Assembly (NCBI GenBank): GCA_963664815.2
Contig: CAXXHB010000002.1
Coordinates: 192,001 to 256,000 of the forward strand
From: Spirochaetota bacterium
Lineage (GTDB): Bacteria > Spirochaetota > UBA4802 > UBA5550
Direction of reading: 5' to 3'
DNA: 64,000 bases
A program made the translations under genes and the position numbers. How positions within the stretch are numbered: position 1 is the first letter of the stretch; each line of letters begins with the position of its first letter. Of the stretch, positions 18,785 to 28,262 are shown in pieces. Below the pieces are notes generated by a model. The model saw only the letters and a program-made list of their open reading frames with translations. It searched no databases and was not told the origin of the DNA.

Positions 18785-19672
18785 ATGCTGAGTTTTCTTC
18801 TTGGAGTAGTAAAAGGTATAATAAGTGCCATTCTTTTTGTAATAAACACTCTTTTCTGGGTCAGTCTGCTCCTGATAGTCTCAGCGTTCAGAATACTAAT
18901 CCCTTTAAAATTCTGGTACAGGTATACTTCAGAAATCTCTATCTTTATTGCAAATAGCTGGATAACCATAAATAATATGACAATTGCATTATTACATAAA
19001 ATTCAGTGGGATGTGGAGTATTCCGGCGAGATGAAGATGAATGACTGGTATCTGGTACTTTCAAATCACCAGACATGGGTTGACATCATTGTTCTTCAAA
19101 AAGTTCTGCTCAATAAAATTCCATTCCTCAAATTCTTTCTAAAAAAAGAACTCATCTGGGTTCCTGTCCTCGGTCCGGCATGGTGGAGTCTCGAGTTCCC
19201 GTTTATGAAACGATACTCCAAAGAGTTTCTTGAGAAGAACCCACATCTAAGGGGAAAGGACATTGAATCAACAAAAAAGGCATGCGAAAAATATAAAACA
19301 ATGCCAATCTCAATCATGAATTTTATGGAAGGCACACGCTTTACAAAATTCAAGCATGACCATCAACAGTCACCTTACAGTAACTTACTTAAACCGAAAG
19401 CCGGTGGTATTTCATTGGTAATGAACAGTATGGGAAACATGCTTCACAAAATTGCCGATGTAACAATCTTTTACCCGGAAGGACCAAAGACTTTCTGGGA
19501 ATTTCTCTGCGGTAAAACAACCAGAATTGTAGTAAAAGTAAATATTATTCCAATAACCGATGAAATCCGTGGAGATTATGTTAATGACACAGAGTTCAGC
19601 AGTAAATTTTATAGATGGCTTAATGATTTCTGGATTAAAAAAGACAAACTTTTAACAGATCTTAAAAAATAA
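18785..19672 (+). CDS. PlsC-family acyltransferase, YihG-like (second paralog)
   Basis: Motifs NHQTWVD, KFFLKKELIWVP, FMEGTR, LLKPKAGG. Confidence 0.9.
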   Translation: MLSFLLGVVKGIISAILFVINTLFWVSLLLIVSAFRILIPLKFWYRYTSEISIFIANSWITINNMTIALLHKIQWDVEYSGEMKMNDWYLVLSNHQTWVDIIVLQKVLLNKIPFLKFFLKKELIWVPVLGPAWWSLEFPFMKRYSKEFLEKNPHLRGKDIESTKKACEKYKTMPISIMNFMEGTRFTKFKHDHQQSPYSNLLKPKAGGISLVMNSMGNMLHKIADVTIFYPEGPKTFWEFLCGKTTRIVVKVNIIPITDEIRGDYVNDTEFSSKFYRWLNDFWIKKDKLLTDLKK

Positions 19673-19680
19673 AATTCTTT

Positions 19681-19718
19681 ATCCGGTCATTTCATTTATG
19701 AAGAAGATCTGACCGGAT
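19681..19718. terminator. hairpin between convergent genes
   Basis: Inverted repeat atccggtca ... tgaccggat between the stops at 19672 and 19718. Confidence 0.45.
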
Positions 19719-20449
19719 TATTGCCACTCAGTTATCCCTCTCGTCAACTCCTTTCCCGAGTTTTTCCCTATGAGTCTGTGAATAATTCTTCCGTCTTCTT
19801 TATTACCTGACGCCTGAGATATAACATTCTCACCATACCGGGTCTCACTTTTAAAATTGATCACTATATCCTTAAGTGCTTTTTCTCCATTAATATCTTC
19901 GCCGGTCTCTATAATCCATGATGTATAAACTGAATTGTTAACATGCCTGTTCATATCGAGGTCACTTTTTCGTACAGAAAATTCCTTCTCGTATTCGATC
20001 CGGGATATTTCAGAAATAGGGGGGAATTTATCATCCAGGGCTCTTTCCGAATTCATTGGATAACCGGGAAAGAGATCGGAGGGCTTAACCGGAACCATTT
20101 TAAAAATATTCATCAGCATCCATGAACTAGTTGCCTGCATTAATATGTTTTTTTCTTCATCTGTTACAATAAATTCACGAACAGCAAAATATCCATTCTC
20201 ACCGGATCTCCATGTTGTAATAGTAAATTTATCATAAAGGGAAGGAAGTTTTAATACAGAGAGCCTGTATCTTGAAATAACCCAGCTATACCCTTTGCGG
20301 AGAATGTCTGATCCTCCAAAACCGATAGAATTAGCATGCGCACCGGTCACTCCCTGAAAATAATTAAATAATACCGGTATTTTAATTGTTCCTCCGGGAC
20401 CTGCATCATAAAGGGTAACCGAGGATGTAATGGAATACTTGTTGGTCAT
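19718..20449 (-). CDS. acyl-ACP thioesterase (double hotdog fold)
   Basis: Motifs SDLDMNRHVNNSVY..W, WVISRY, and ATSSW. Confidence 0.88.
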   Translation of the reverse strand: MTNKYSITSSVTLYDAGPGGTIKIPVLFNYFQGVTGAHANSIGFGGSDILRKGYSWVISRYRLSVLKLPSLYDKFTITTWRSGENGYFAVREFIVTDEEKNILMQATSSWMLMNIFKMVPVKPSDLFPGYPMNSERALDDKFPPISEISRIEYEKEFSVRKSDLDMNRHVNNSVYTSWIIETGEDINGEKALKDIVINFKSETRYGENVISQASGNKEDGRIIHRLIGKNSGKELTRGITEWQ

Positions 20450-20512
20450 CTGATCTATATCTCCCTGAATAATTATTTACAGCCTTACAGAATCAGATTC
20501 ATTTACTGATTT

Positions 20513-21244
20513 CTATTTTTTCATTACCAGTGGATGGTTCAATCCTCCGACATTGTTTTTTATTACATCAAATTCCGGCAGGCTTTCAAAGAGTTGAGTA
20601 AGATTTTTGAACCCATATGCGCGCGGATCAAAACTCGGATTTATCTTTCTGAGGTTTGATCCAACATGTGAAATATGAGTTTCTGAACCTTCACTCAGTG
20701 ACATTTCATAGGCCTTATCGATAAGATCGAGGTCAACTGCTGAGAGCTGAACTTTTTTAACTTTTGAATGAGAATTTTTTCCTTCAGCTTTTTCCTTTTC
20801 CGTTTCAGCCATTATATTTTCACAATAGGTAAAAATCTCACATGACTGTACAAAGGCATTAGGAGTTTTTTTCTCACCTATACCCATTACAAAAATCCCC
20901 TCCTCCCTGATTCTTTTTGCCAGACCTGTATAGTCGCTGTCACTTGATACTATACAGAAACCGTCCACAATTTTATCATGGAGAATATCCATTGCATCAA
21001 TAATCAGCGAAGTATCTGTGGAATTTTTTCCTGTAGTATATGAAAATTTCTGTATAGGGCTGAAAGAAAGATCATTCAGCGTCTCCTTCCACATGTTCAT
21101 ATGAGGATGAGTCCAGTCTCCGTAAATTCTCCGGATTGTTACCTTCCCATATTTTGAAACTTCCTCAAGTATTGCCTTCATCAGCTTTGCCCGGGCATTG
21201 TCTCCATCTACGAGTATTGCTATATGGTTTATTGCTGTTTCCAT
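20513..21244 (-). CDS. NYN-domain (PIN-like) protein with C-terminal OST-HTH/LOTUS domain
   Basis: Motifs LVDGDN, RIYGDW, GKNSTD..LIIDAMD, VSSDSDY; C-terminal PSFDPRAYGFKNL. Confidence 0.9.
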   Translation of the reverse strand: METAINHIAILVDGDNARAKLMKAILEEVSKYGKVTIRRIYGDWTHPHMNMWKETLNDLSFSPIQKFSYTTGKNSTDTSLIIDAMDILHDKIVDGFCIVSSDSDYTGLAKRIREEGIFVMGIGEKKTPNAFVQSCEIFTYCENIMAETEKEKAEGKNSHSKVKKVQLSAVDLDLIDKAYEMSLSEGSETHISHVGSNLRKINPSFDPRAYGFKNLTQLFESLPEFDVIKNNVGGLNHPLVMKK

Positions 21245-21356
21245 CCGCTTTTTCCTTATTCGTTCTCTTTTTAAAAATTTTTAATATTTAATCAAGGAAT
21301 CCATCAGGAATATTGATTTTTTCAAAAAATTAAATTTTAAAAAACAGAAATTCACT

Positions 21357-23450
21357 CTATTTGTATACCGGCATGCCAAGTGCAAGGTTCTTGATCATCT
21401 TGCGATCAACGATAGAACATCTTGCAATTGTCATCATGGGAAAATTTGCTTTAAAATATATCTTTTTACCATCAATTATCGTAAAAAGTTTATCTCCAAG
21501 CATTATATCCGATGCCTTTCTGGAAGCTACAGTAATTTCGAAACTTGCATTATTTATATTATAGATTTTGCCGATGAGTACACCCTCAACTTTTTTCTCT
21601 TCCACTGTTTTACTTATCAAATCCATAAGATCTGGAACAAGAGAAGCAATGTCCGGATATTTTGCTCCAAGTCGTAAAAGAACCTCTTCATCGGTCTGGC
21701 AGCTTTTTATAATTTCCTGGATTAATTCCGGTTTATTCAAATACTGCGAAAAAGCAAAGGCCGGAAAAAACAGCCCCTCTTTATCCCTTCCCTGATTGAT
21801 GTGCCATCCTATTAACTCATCTGCACCGGGACTTGTTGCATAATATCCCTTTGGTGTCCAGACAATCCATCGTTTTCTGTCGTTATGAGGGAAAAAGCTT
21901 AACAGCTCTTTACCGTCGGAAAGCCTGAACCAGCGTATTGTTCCATCACCAAATGATGCAATACCGAATCTCCCGTCAGAAGAAATATTTACATCCCATA
22001 CAATTGATGGTGCTGGCATAGACCACAACAAACTGCCATATCTGTTAAAACAATACAGGTTCCAGCTTGCTCCAAGCAATAATGTTGTGCCCTGATAGGA
22101 AACTGCGGCGCAACGTGAAACTTCACCATTAGCTATAGGAAGATTAGTTCCATTTAATGTCGGTTTGAGATAATGCTGCCAGAAATCAATTTTCATGGAT
22201 GATGAGTTAATCAAAGGATCATTTAAATCCGATCCGGGTTTAACTGATGGATTAAGAACCATTGTCTTGAAAGAAAAAAGTGCCGGCAATTCGTTATTGT
22301 ATTTGTATCCGAAATAAACGGAAGACCCATCGGATGAGATCTTCATACGTTTATTATTAAACATATGATTTGCAATTGACGGGGTATTGATAAATTGCAC
22401 CTTATTGTTTTTAATCACCCCGACCACAGGATCAGATGCGGCAAAAGCAACCATATCATTTTTAATTGCAACTATTGTCTGTATAGAGTCATTTCCTATA
22501 GCAATTTCCTCTTTTGATGATTTTCCTGAATCCTTCCACCTGAGTATATACCGGATTTCACCGTCTTTTTTATAGGACTGCCCTCCTGCATATAAACTCT
22601 TCCCGTCAGCAGACCAGCATGTCGCATAAAATCCGTGTGTAAATCCTGTCGTATTGGCAGAATACTTGTAAGCCAAATCCTCTCCCGAGTAAATATCTAT
22701 ATGTGAATCATCATTATATCCGACTGCAATAAGTCTGCCGTCAGGGGAAATACTTACAGGACGGGGTTTTGAATATCTCGTAAGCACTTTGCGTTGAAGT
22801 CTGAAACTCCTGTCATACAGTCGAATATATCCATCATCACAGGCCGTTACCAAACGACCGCTTTTGTCAAAAGAGGCATAATAAGTACTGTCTCCGTAAC
22901 TCGTATCCCGGGAATTCAAAGTATAATCTGCAGTATTATAAACTCGAATTCCATTTGAACCCAGACTTGCGACAAGATATTTCCCGTCAGGTGAATAAAT
23001 CAGGTTGAATATAACGTCTGGATGCCCTGTTATACGTTTAATCTGTTTGCCATTTTCAGTATTATAAATATATATAGATACGTCTTTATCCCAATCCCAG
23101 CATGTCCAGCCGCTACATGCAATAGTCGAGCCATCAGGAGAAATTGATACTGCATATATTTTACCTTCATTGCCATTGTCTAAAGGAGGTCTGATGGTTT
23201 TCAACAGCTTCCCTTTTACCCCGTCAAAAATCTTGACAGTTTTATCTCTTGAACCAGTTACTATATAGCGACCCGAAAAATCAACACTGACTCTCGCTAT
23301 GCTGGCTGTATGCATATTTGTATTAATACGAATAACTGGATTAGTTGCAGGATTAATTTTGGGTTTAATGTCCTCCACTTTTCTCTTTGCAGAGACGCAT
23401 GACAAAATAAAACTAAGACTAAAAAAAATAATGACAGATTTTTTTATCAT
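21357..23450 (-). CDS. WD40-repeat lipoprotein
   Basis: Lipobox ILSC; repeated GH..SPDG and TGSRDKTVKIFD units; WIVWTPKGYY..IGWHINQG motif. Confidence 0.85.
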   Translation of the reverse strand: MIKKSVIIFFSLSFILSCVSAKRKVEDIKPKINPATNPVIRINTNMHTASIARVSVDFSGRYIVTGSRDKTVKIFDGVKGKLLKTIRPPLDNGNEGKIYAVSISPDGSTIACSGWTCWDWDKDVSIYIYNTENGKQIKRITGHPDVIFNLIYSPDGKYLVASLGSNGIRVYNTADYTLNSRDTSYGDSTYYASFDKSGRLVTACDDGYIRLYDRSFRLQRKVLTRYSKPRPVSISPDGRLIAVGYNDDSHIDIYSGEDLAYKYSANTTGFTHGFYATCWSADGKSLYAGGQSYKKDGEIRYILRWKDSGKSSKEEIAIGNDSIQTIVAIKNDMVAFAASDPVVGVIKNNKVQFINTPSIANHMFNNKRMKISSDGSSVYFGYKYNNELPALFSFKTMVLNPSVKPGSDLNDPLINSSSMKIDFWQHYLKPTLNGTNLPIANGEVSRCAAVSYQGTTLLLGASWNLYCFNRYGSLLWSMPAPSIVWDVNISSDGRFGIASFGDGTIRWFRLSDGKELLSFFPHNDRKRWIVWTPKGYYATSPGADELIGWHINQGRDKEGLFFPAFAFSQYLNKPELIQEIIKSCQTDEEVLLRLGAKYPDIASLVPDLMDLISKTVEEKKVEGVLIGKIYNINNASFEITVASRKASDIMLGDKLFTIIDGKKIYFKANFPMMTIARCSIVDRKMIKNLALGMPVYK

Positions 23451-23743
23451 AATTTATCTCCATATCAAATCAAATTTTATATATTCATCAGAATAATAAG
23501 TCAGAAATATCCTGCTTAATAATCCTTTATTAATTTTAATAAAATTAATAAACATTGCTGATATAATAATTTTTTACTGGTAAATTTTATTTAATGTATA
23601 TTTTATAAACTATTTGTCAAGAATGTTACACAGCCACCTTCCGAAAGCATACATGCATGATTTCATCATTCGATAGCAAAATCCGGATTGACATTGCTCC
23701 ACTTTTAAGATTGTTATAAGAATCAAAACACTCAGGGAACAAT

Positions 23744-24592
23744 ATGTTTACGGCATCAGATGGGATACAGATCGACATCAGGGAAAATCCGGCACCGGTA
23801 CAAAAAGCCATCCTCGTTTTATGGCCATGCATGACAGGAAATACTGACATGTACAGGCTTCCTGTCGGGGATTTTAACATCGCCGGTATTTCAGTCGTAC
23901 AATTCAATCCACGCGGTCATGCAGGTTCCGGTGGACAGTTTGACCTGACCCGCTGCATTGATGACCTCAACGAATATCTCGAATCATTACATATAAAAGA
24001 CATCCCGCTCTGGTTCGTTGGACACAGCGCCGGAGCAAGTGCGGTTCTGAAATATGGCACATTTTATAAACTGTCTTACAGGTACATCCTTGTCTCACCG
24101 GTGCTGGACAGTATAGAATCATACAAATATCTTTATATGAATCAACACCAGCCAGAAATTAATACGCTTATTTCATCGCTGACCTCAAATAAAGAGTTTA
24201 TGCACAAACTTCTTGAAAATAATGAGTGGATGAAACATGAAGTATGGGAAAAGAAATTCTGCCGTATAAAGATTAATGCAATTTCCGGAAATTTACTTAT
24301 CGGCTCGCTCATGGAAAAGCTGTTCATTGAAGGATATAATGCATTCCAAGACCTGAAACTGCACAGGGAAAAAACAACAATTCTACTCCCCGTGTCAGAT
24401 AACTGGTATCCAATGACAGTTACTTCTGAACTGGCCGCACAGAACGGAATTAATCTTGAAACAATAATTGAAGCAAAAGATCATTACTTTACAGGCGCAT
24501 GGAAATATGTCTGGCAACGCATCCTGGAGTATATGCGTTTGCAAAATGACACCTATTTCAAATCATCTACAGATATCACTGTCGCTCCGTAA
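23744..24592 (+). CDS. alpha/beta hydrolase
   Basis: Motifs NPRGHAGSGG, nucleophile GHSAG, and KDHYF. Confidence 0.8.
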   Translation: MFTASDGIQIDIRENPAPVQKAILVLWPCMTGNTDMYRLPVGDFNIAGISVVQFNPRGHAGSGGQFDLTRCIDDLNEYLESLHIKDIPLWFVGHSAGASAVLKYGTFYKLSYRYILVSPVLDSIESYKYLYMNQHQPEINTLISSLTSNKEFMHKLLENNEWMKHEVWEKKFCRIKINAISGNLLIGSLMEKLFIEGYNAFQDLKLHREKTTILLPVSDNWYPMTVTSELAAQNGINLETIIEAKDHYFTGAWKYVWQRILEYMRLQNDTYFKSSTDITVAP

Positions 24593-25215
24593 GATTTATA
24601 TTTTTCAATTCTTCCCGCTGAAGGTTCACCTCCGGAGACCGAGATTACAGCATCTTTCACAACAAACACTTTGTAACCCTTCGCAACAGCTCCTTTGATA
24701 GTGCTGTCAACGCAAAACTCTGCAGCAAGCCCGGTTATATAAAGGGTTCCTATCTTTTTTGACTCGAGATATTGCTGTAATGAAGGATTTGTAAAAGCAT
24801 CTCCCCTTGACTTTGTAATAATTTTCGATTTTTCCCTGTAGATTAATTTATTAATTGCTGTTCCGGGATCTCCCTCTTCAGGGAATGTAGGAAGCAGAAA
24901 AGAAAGAAATGAATTTTTAGGGAATTCCTGTCTTATGTAAACCGGTTCCAGCTTTTTGAGTTTATCAAGAACTGTGTTTACATTTTTAAGAAATATATCC
25001 ACTTTATATTCATGCATTTTTCTTTCATTATCATAAGATGTAAGCATGTTCTGTACATCAATTACCAGTATTGCAGAATTTGTATCTTTCACAGGATCAA
25101 TAGCAGCCCCTTTGGATGGGACAAGTATATAGAAAAACTCAATGCATAAAACAACTACGGCATACAAAAGAACAATCCCGACTGGAATTGCCAGTATTTT
25201 CATAACTTTTTTCAT
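24553..25215 (-). CDS. isochorismatase-family cysteine hydrolase with an N-terminal membrane anchor
   Basis: D-K-C triad in VIDVQN, ITKSRGDAF and GLAAEFCV; hydrophobic N-terminus. Confidence 0.88.
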   Translation of the reverse strand: MKKVMKILAIPVGIVLLYAVVVLCIEFFYILVPSKGAAIDPVKDTNSAILVIDVQNMLTSYDNERKMHEYKVDIFLKNVNTVLDKLKKLEPVYIRQEFPKNSFLSFLLPTFPEEGDPGTAINKLIYREKSKIITKSRGDAFTNPSLQQYLESKKIGTLYITGLAAEFCVDSTIKGAVAKGYKVFVVKDAVISVSGGEPSAGRIEKYKSYGATVISVDDLK

Positions 25216-25275
25216 ATAAATTCCTCCTCATATAAAAATATCACCAGCTCCAGTGTATTTGTCAATGAAGAAAAA

Positions 25276-25304
25276 TTGACCGATTAGTTCCTGTTCAGTA
25301 TAAT
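25276..25304 (+). promoter_or_regulatory. sigma70-type promoter for the MCP gene
   Basis: TTGACC-N17-TATAAT. Confidence 0.6.
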
Positions 25305-25464
25305 AAGAAATACATCTTCATAAATATACTTTTACCATTTTTGATAAGTGCAACCTGTATCAAAATTTATATTAACCAAAAGATATTGACAAAACCATTG
25401 ATTATTTTAACGAAGATTTACTGTATAAATAAGAGATTTACAACTTCAAATAAAAGCAGGAAAA

Positions 25465-27018
25465 ATGAATATTTTTATTACACTAGAAGATCTACTGTTC
25501 AGACGAATTAAGCATTCTGCGAATTTATTAATTTATAAAAAAGCACAATTTACCGCTTATTCCGATATATTTTTTATTATTCTTATGGTTATCCTCTGTT
25601 TTGCCGCAACATCCTATGAAGATAAAACCCGTTTGTATAATACATTACGGCTTTCCATTCCGGTCATGACGGTTGCAGTTATCTCCCTGATTTCCGTGAT
25701 AAAGGGGAAACCTGAATTCGGAATGAATATTATGGCCGTCGGTGCCTGTATTTTGGCTTCTGCGGGGTATCTTACTGCCCCGGGTCATCTTGCAGGCGTA
25801 TCTCTTGCCTACTTCATGTATCTTGATCTCATCTATGCTTCTTTTTTCTGTCCTGCAATTCTTTCCGCAATTATGCTTATTATGTTTCTTGCAACCAAAT
25901 CGGTTTATTATTTCATAATAGCTCTACCATCTGCAGATGGAATTCTGCATGTAACAATAAAGACTGCGTTCCTTGACGGTAGTATAACTCTTATATGTGT
26001 TTATGTAGTCGGATTCTTCGCCAGCAGGTTTATGAACCAGGGACTCAACCAGACTGCAATGGAATCAAAAAAAAATGAAGCGCAGCTTGTGTATATCAAC
26101 AACCTTCTCCACACAATAAAATCTGCTTCCGAAGAACTCCGTAATTCAATAAATCTCAATTCTCAATTGATCGATTCATATACAGAAAATGCACAGAATC
26201 ATTCGGCTTCTGTTGAAACACTAACATCCTCTCTTGAAGAGATCTCTGCCGGAACAGAAAATGTTGCACTCCAGGCAACTGATCAGAATAAAGCTCTCAT
26301 GAATCTGATAGACTGCCTTAACTCCCTGACGATGTCGATAGACCACACGGAGAATTTCTCAAACGAAATAAACGATCTTTTTAAAAGTTTTATATCGCTG
26401 GCAGAACAGGGGGAAAAAGCCTCTGAAGAACTTGAAAAAACAAACAGAAAAATATTGCATAACTCCGTAGAAGTTGAAACGGTAACATCCATCATAGAAG
26501 ATTTTTTCGACAAAATAAACCTTCTGTCTCTGAATGCGGCCATCGAAGCAGCCAGAGCTGGTGAGTTCGGACGTGGATTTGCAGTAGTCTCCGATGAAAT
26601 AGGAAAACTTGCTGATACTTCCCAGCAGCAGCTTAAACACATTTCAGCACTTCTGGGAACCAATCGTAAAGATGTTGAAGAAGGGAACAAAAATATTGAA
26701 AATATACTTAACTTTATCCGTGGTATCCTTGTTAATTTCGAAAAAATTCAGGGAAAATCGCTTGATATAATACAAGAGATTAATGGGCAAAAAAAACTGA
26801 AAAAAATCATGAACGAACGGGCTGAAGCTGTAATTGATAAATCTGTAATTATTGATAATTCCATGAATGAGCAAAAGCTGGCTATTACTGATATAGTTCA
26901 ATCTGTTGAAGACACAAATTATATAGTGCAGAAAAATGCTGAGAATACCGAACTTTTACGTGAAAATTCCGGCAAAATTAAAAATCTTGCAGAAGACTTA
27001 AGTACAAAATTATCATGA
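25465..27018 (+). CDS. methyl-accepting chemotaxis protein
   Basis: Hairpin-tip motif INLLSLNAAIEAARAGEFGRGFAVVSDEIGKLA; several N-terminal TM helices. Confidence 0.93.
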   Translation: MNIFITLEDLLFRRIKHSANLLIYKKAQFTAYSDIFFIILMVILCFAATSYEDKTRLYNTLRLSIPVMTVAVISLISVIKGKPEFGMNIMAVGACILASAGYLTAPGHLAGVSLAYFMYLDLIYASFFCPAILSAIMLIMFLATKSVYYFIIALPSADGILHVTIKTAFLDGSITLICVYVVGFFASRFMNQGLNQTAMESKKNEAQLVYINNLLHTIKSASEELRNSINLNSQLIDSYTENAQNHSASVETLTSSLEEISAGTENVALQATDQNKALMNLIDCLNSLTMSIDHTENFSNEINDLFKSFISLAEQGEKASEELEKTNRKILHNSVEVETVTSIIEDFFDKINLLSLNAAIEAARAGEFGRGFAVVSDEIGKLADTSQQQLKHISALLGTNRKDVEEGNKNIENILNFIRGILVNFEKIQGKSLDIIQEINGQKKLKKIMNERAEAVIDKSVIIDNSMNEQKLAITDIVQSVEDTNYIVQKNAENTELLRENSGKIKNLAEDLSTKLS

Positions 27019-27105
27019 AATGCTTTTAATTAAAATTCCTGATGTCCTCACTGCTATCAAAGATAAAGATTTTTACTTCTTCAATTACTCCTTATAAGAA
27101 AAAAA

Positions 27106-27921
27106 TCAGCTGCCTCCGGAACTGAATCTAATAACCAGCCCTTTTTCCGTAACCGAAAATTCAATGATCATGGTTTCCGTTCCCATCCCCATTTCATCAA
27201 CAGACTCATCATATATCTTTAGATAAACAATATCTCCTTTAATCTCCTTTACTTCTACAGTATCATTCCACTTAGTATTTAACATCTGAATACTCCCGGA
27301 AGAATTTGCTACAGGGAACTTTCGTCCTTTCAGATTATTAAATCCCATCATCTTCATCATAACAAACGCTTCAGCAAGCCTGACATCCTGCATAGTAAAA
27401 ATAATACTGAACTCAGGTAATCCAGGCTTGCCTTCCTTCCTCTCAATAGTAAAACGGTTAGTGTATTCTTTCACTGAATAAAAATACATATTATCTTCTG
27501 TTTTTTTCTCTTTTCCTTTCAATTTAAATTTTTTATCAGCATATAGTTCTAAAATTTTAAAATCATCACACTCTTTTATACATTTATCCGGAACAGGATG
27601 CAAGGAAAGAAATCCATCAAAAGCATATCCCTCTTCCCCTTCATAAAAAACTTTAACCCAATAACCCTTAATTCCGTTTAGCTCAAAAGGTTTATCCCCA
27701 ACATTTTCTTCCTTGACCGTTACCTGTTTGCCATAAGGAGCCAAAGATATTTTGGAAGCATTTTTATCAGCAGACGACCTTAACACAAGTCCTGCCTCAG
27801 AGAGAACGAAGAGCAGGTCTCCTTTTTTATAATATATTTTTTCTTTTCCATCAACCGGGAATAAAAACACAGCTAAAAGAAAAAGCAATCCGACAGCAGA
27901 TATTACTTTTGCGTTTCTCAT
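27106..27921 (-). CDS. exported SH3b-domain protein
   Basis: Signal peptide; SH3b-like GLVLRSSA..PYG..V..GYWVKV..EGYAFDGFL. Confidence 0.75.
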   Translation of the reverse strand: MRNAKVISAVGLLFLLAVFLFPVDGKEKIYYKKGDLLFVLSEAGLVLRSSADKNASKISLAPYGKQVTVKEENVGDKPFELNGIKGYWVKVFYEGEEGYAFDGFLSLHPVPDKCIKECDDFKILELYADKKFKLKGKEKKTEDNMYFYSVKEYTNRFTIERKEGKPGLPEFSIIFTMQDVRLAEAFVMMKMMGFNNLKGRKFPVANSSGSIQMLNTKWNDTVEVKEIKGDIVYLKIYDESVDEMGMGTETMIIEFSVTEKGLVIRFSSGGS

Positions 27922-28262
27922 TGATATTTTCCTTTATTAAAAAATTTTAATAAGATGAAATTAATGCATTATCACTTCAAATGCCATTATAATTTGAAAA
28001 ACATAACACCTTCATATAATTCTGATATTAACAATAAATATAATAGAATACAAAAAAATTGTTCTTAATTTAAACTAAATCTTAAAATCATTAATCATAG
28101 ATCAGAGATCTATACAATAGGCATCTAATCTTGATAAAAAATTATATTAAGTGGTATATATAAATTTATTGACACTAAAAATCTTTCTTCTATTCTTAAA
28201 AAATAAATTCCCATCGGACTGATAAAATGATATAATCTCCAATTCCGGATATCGTGATAATA

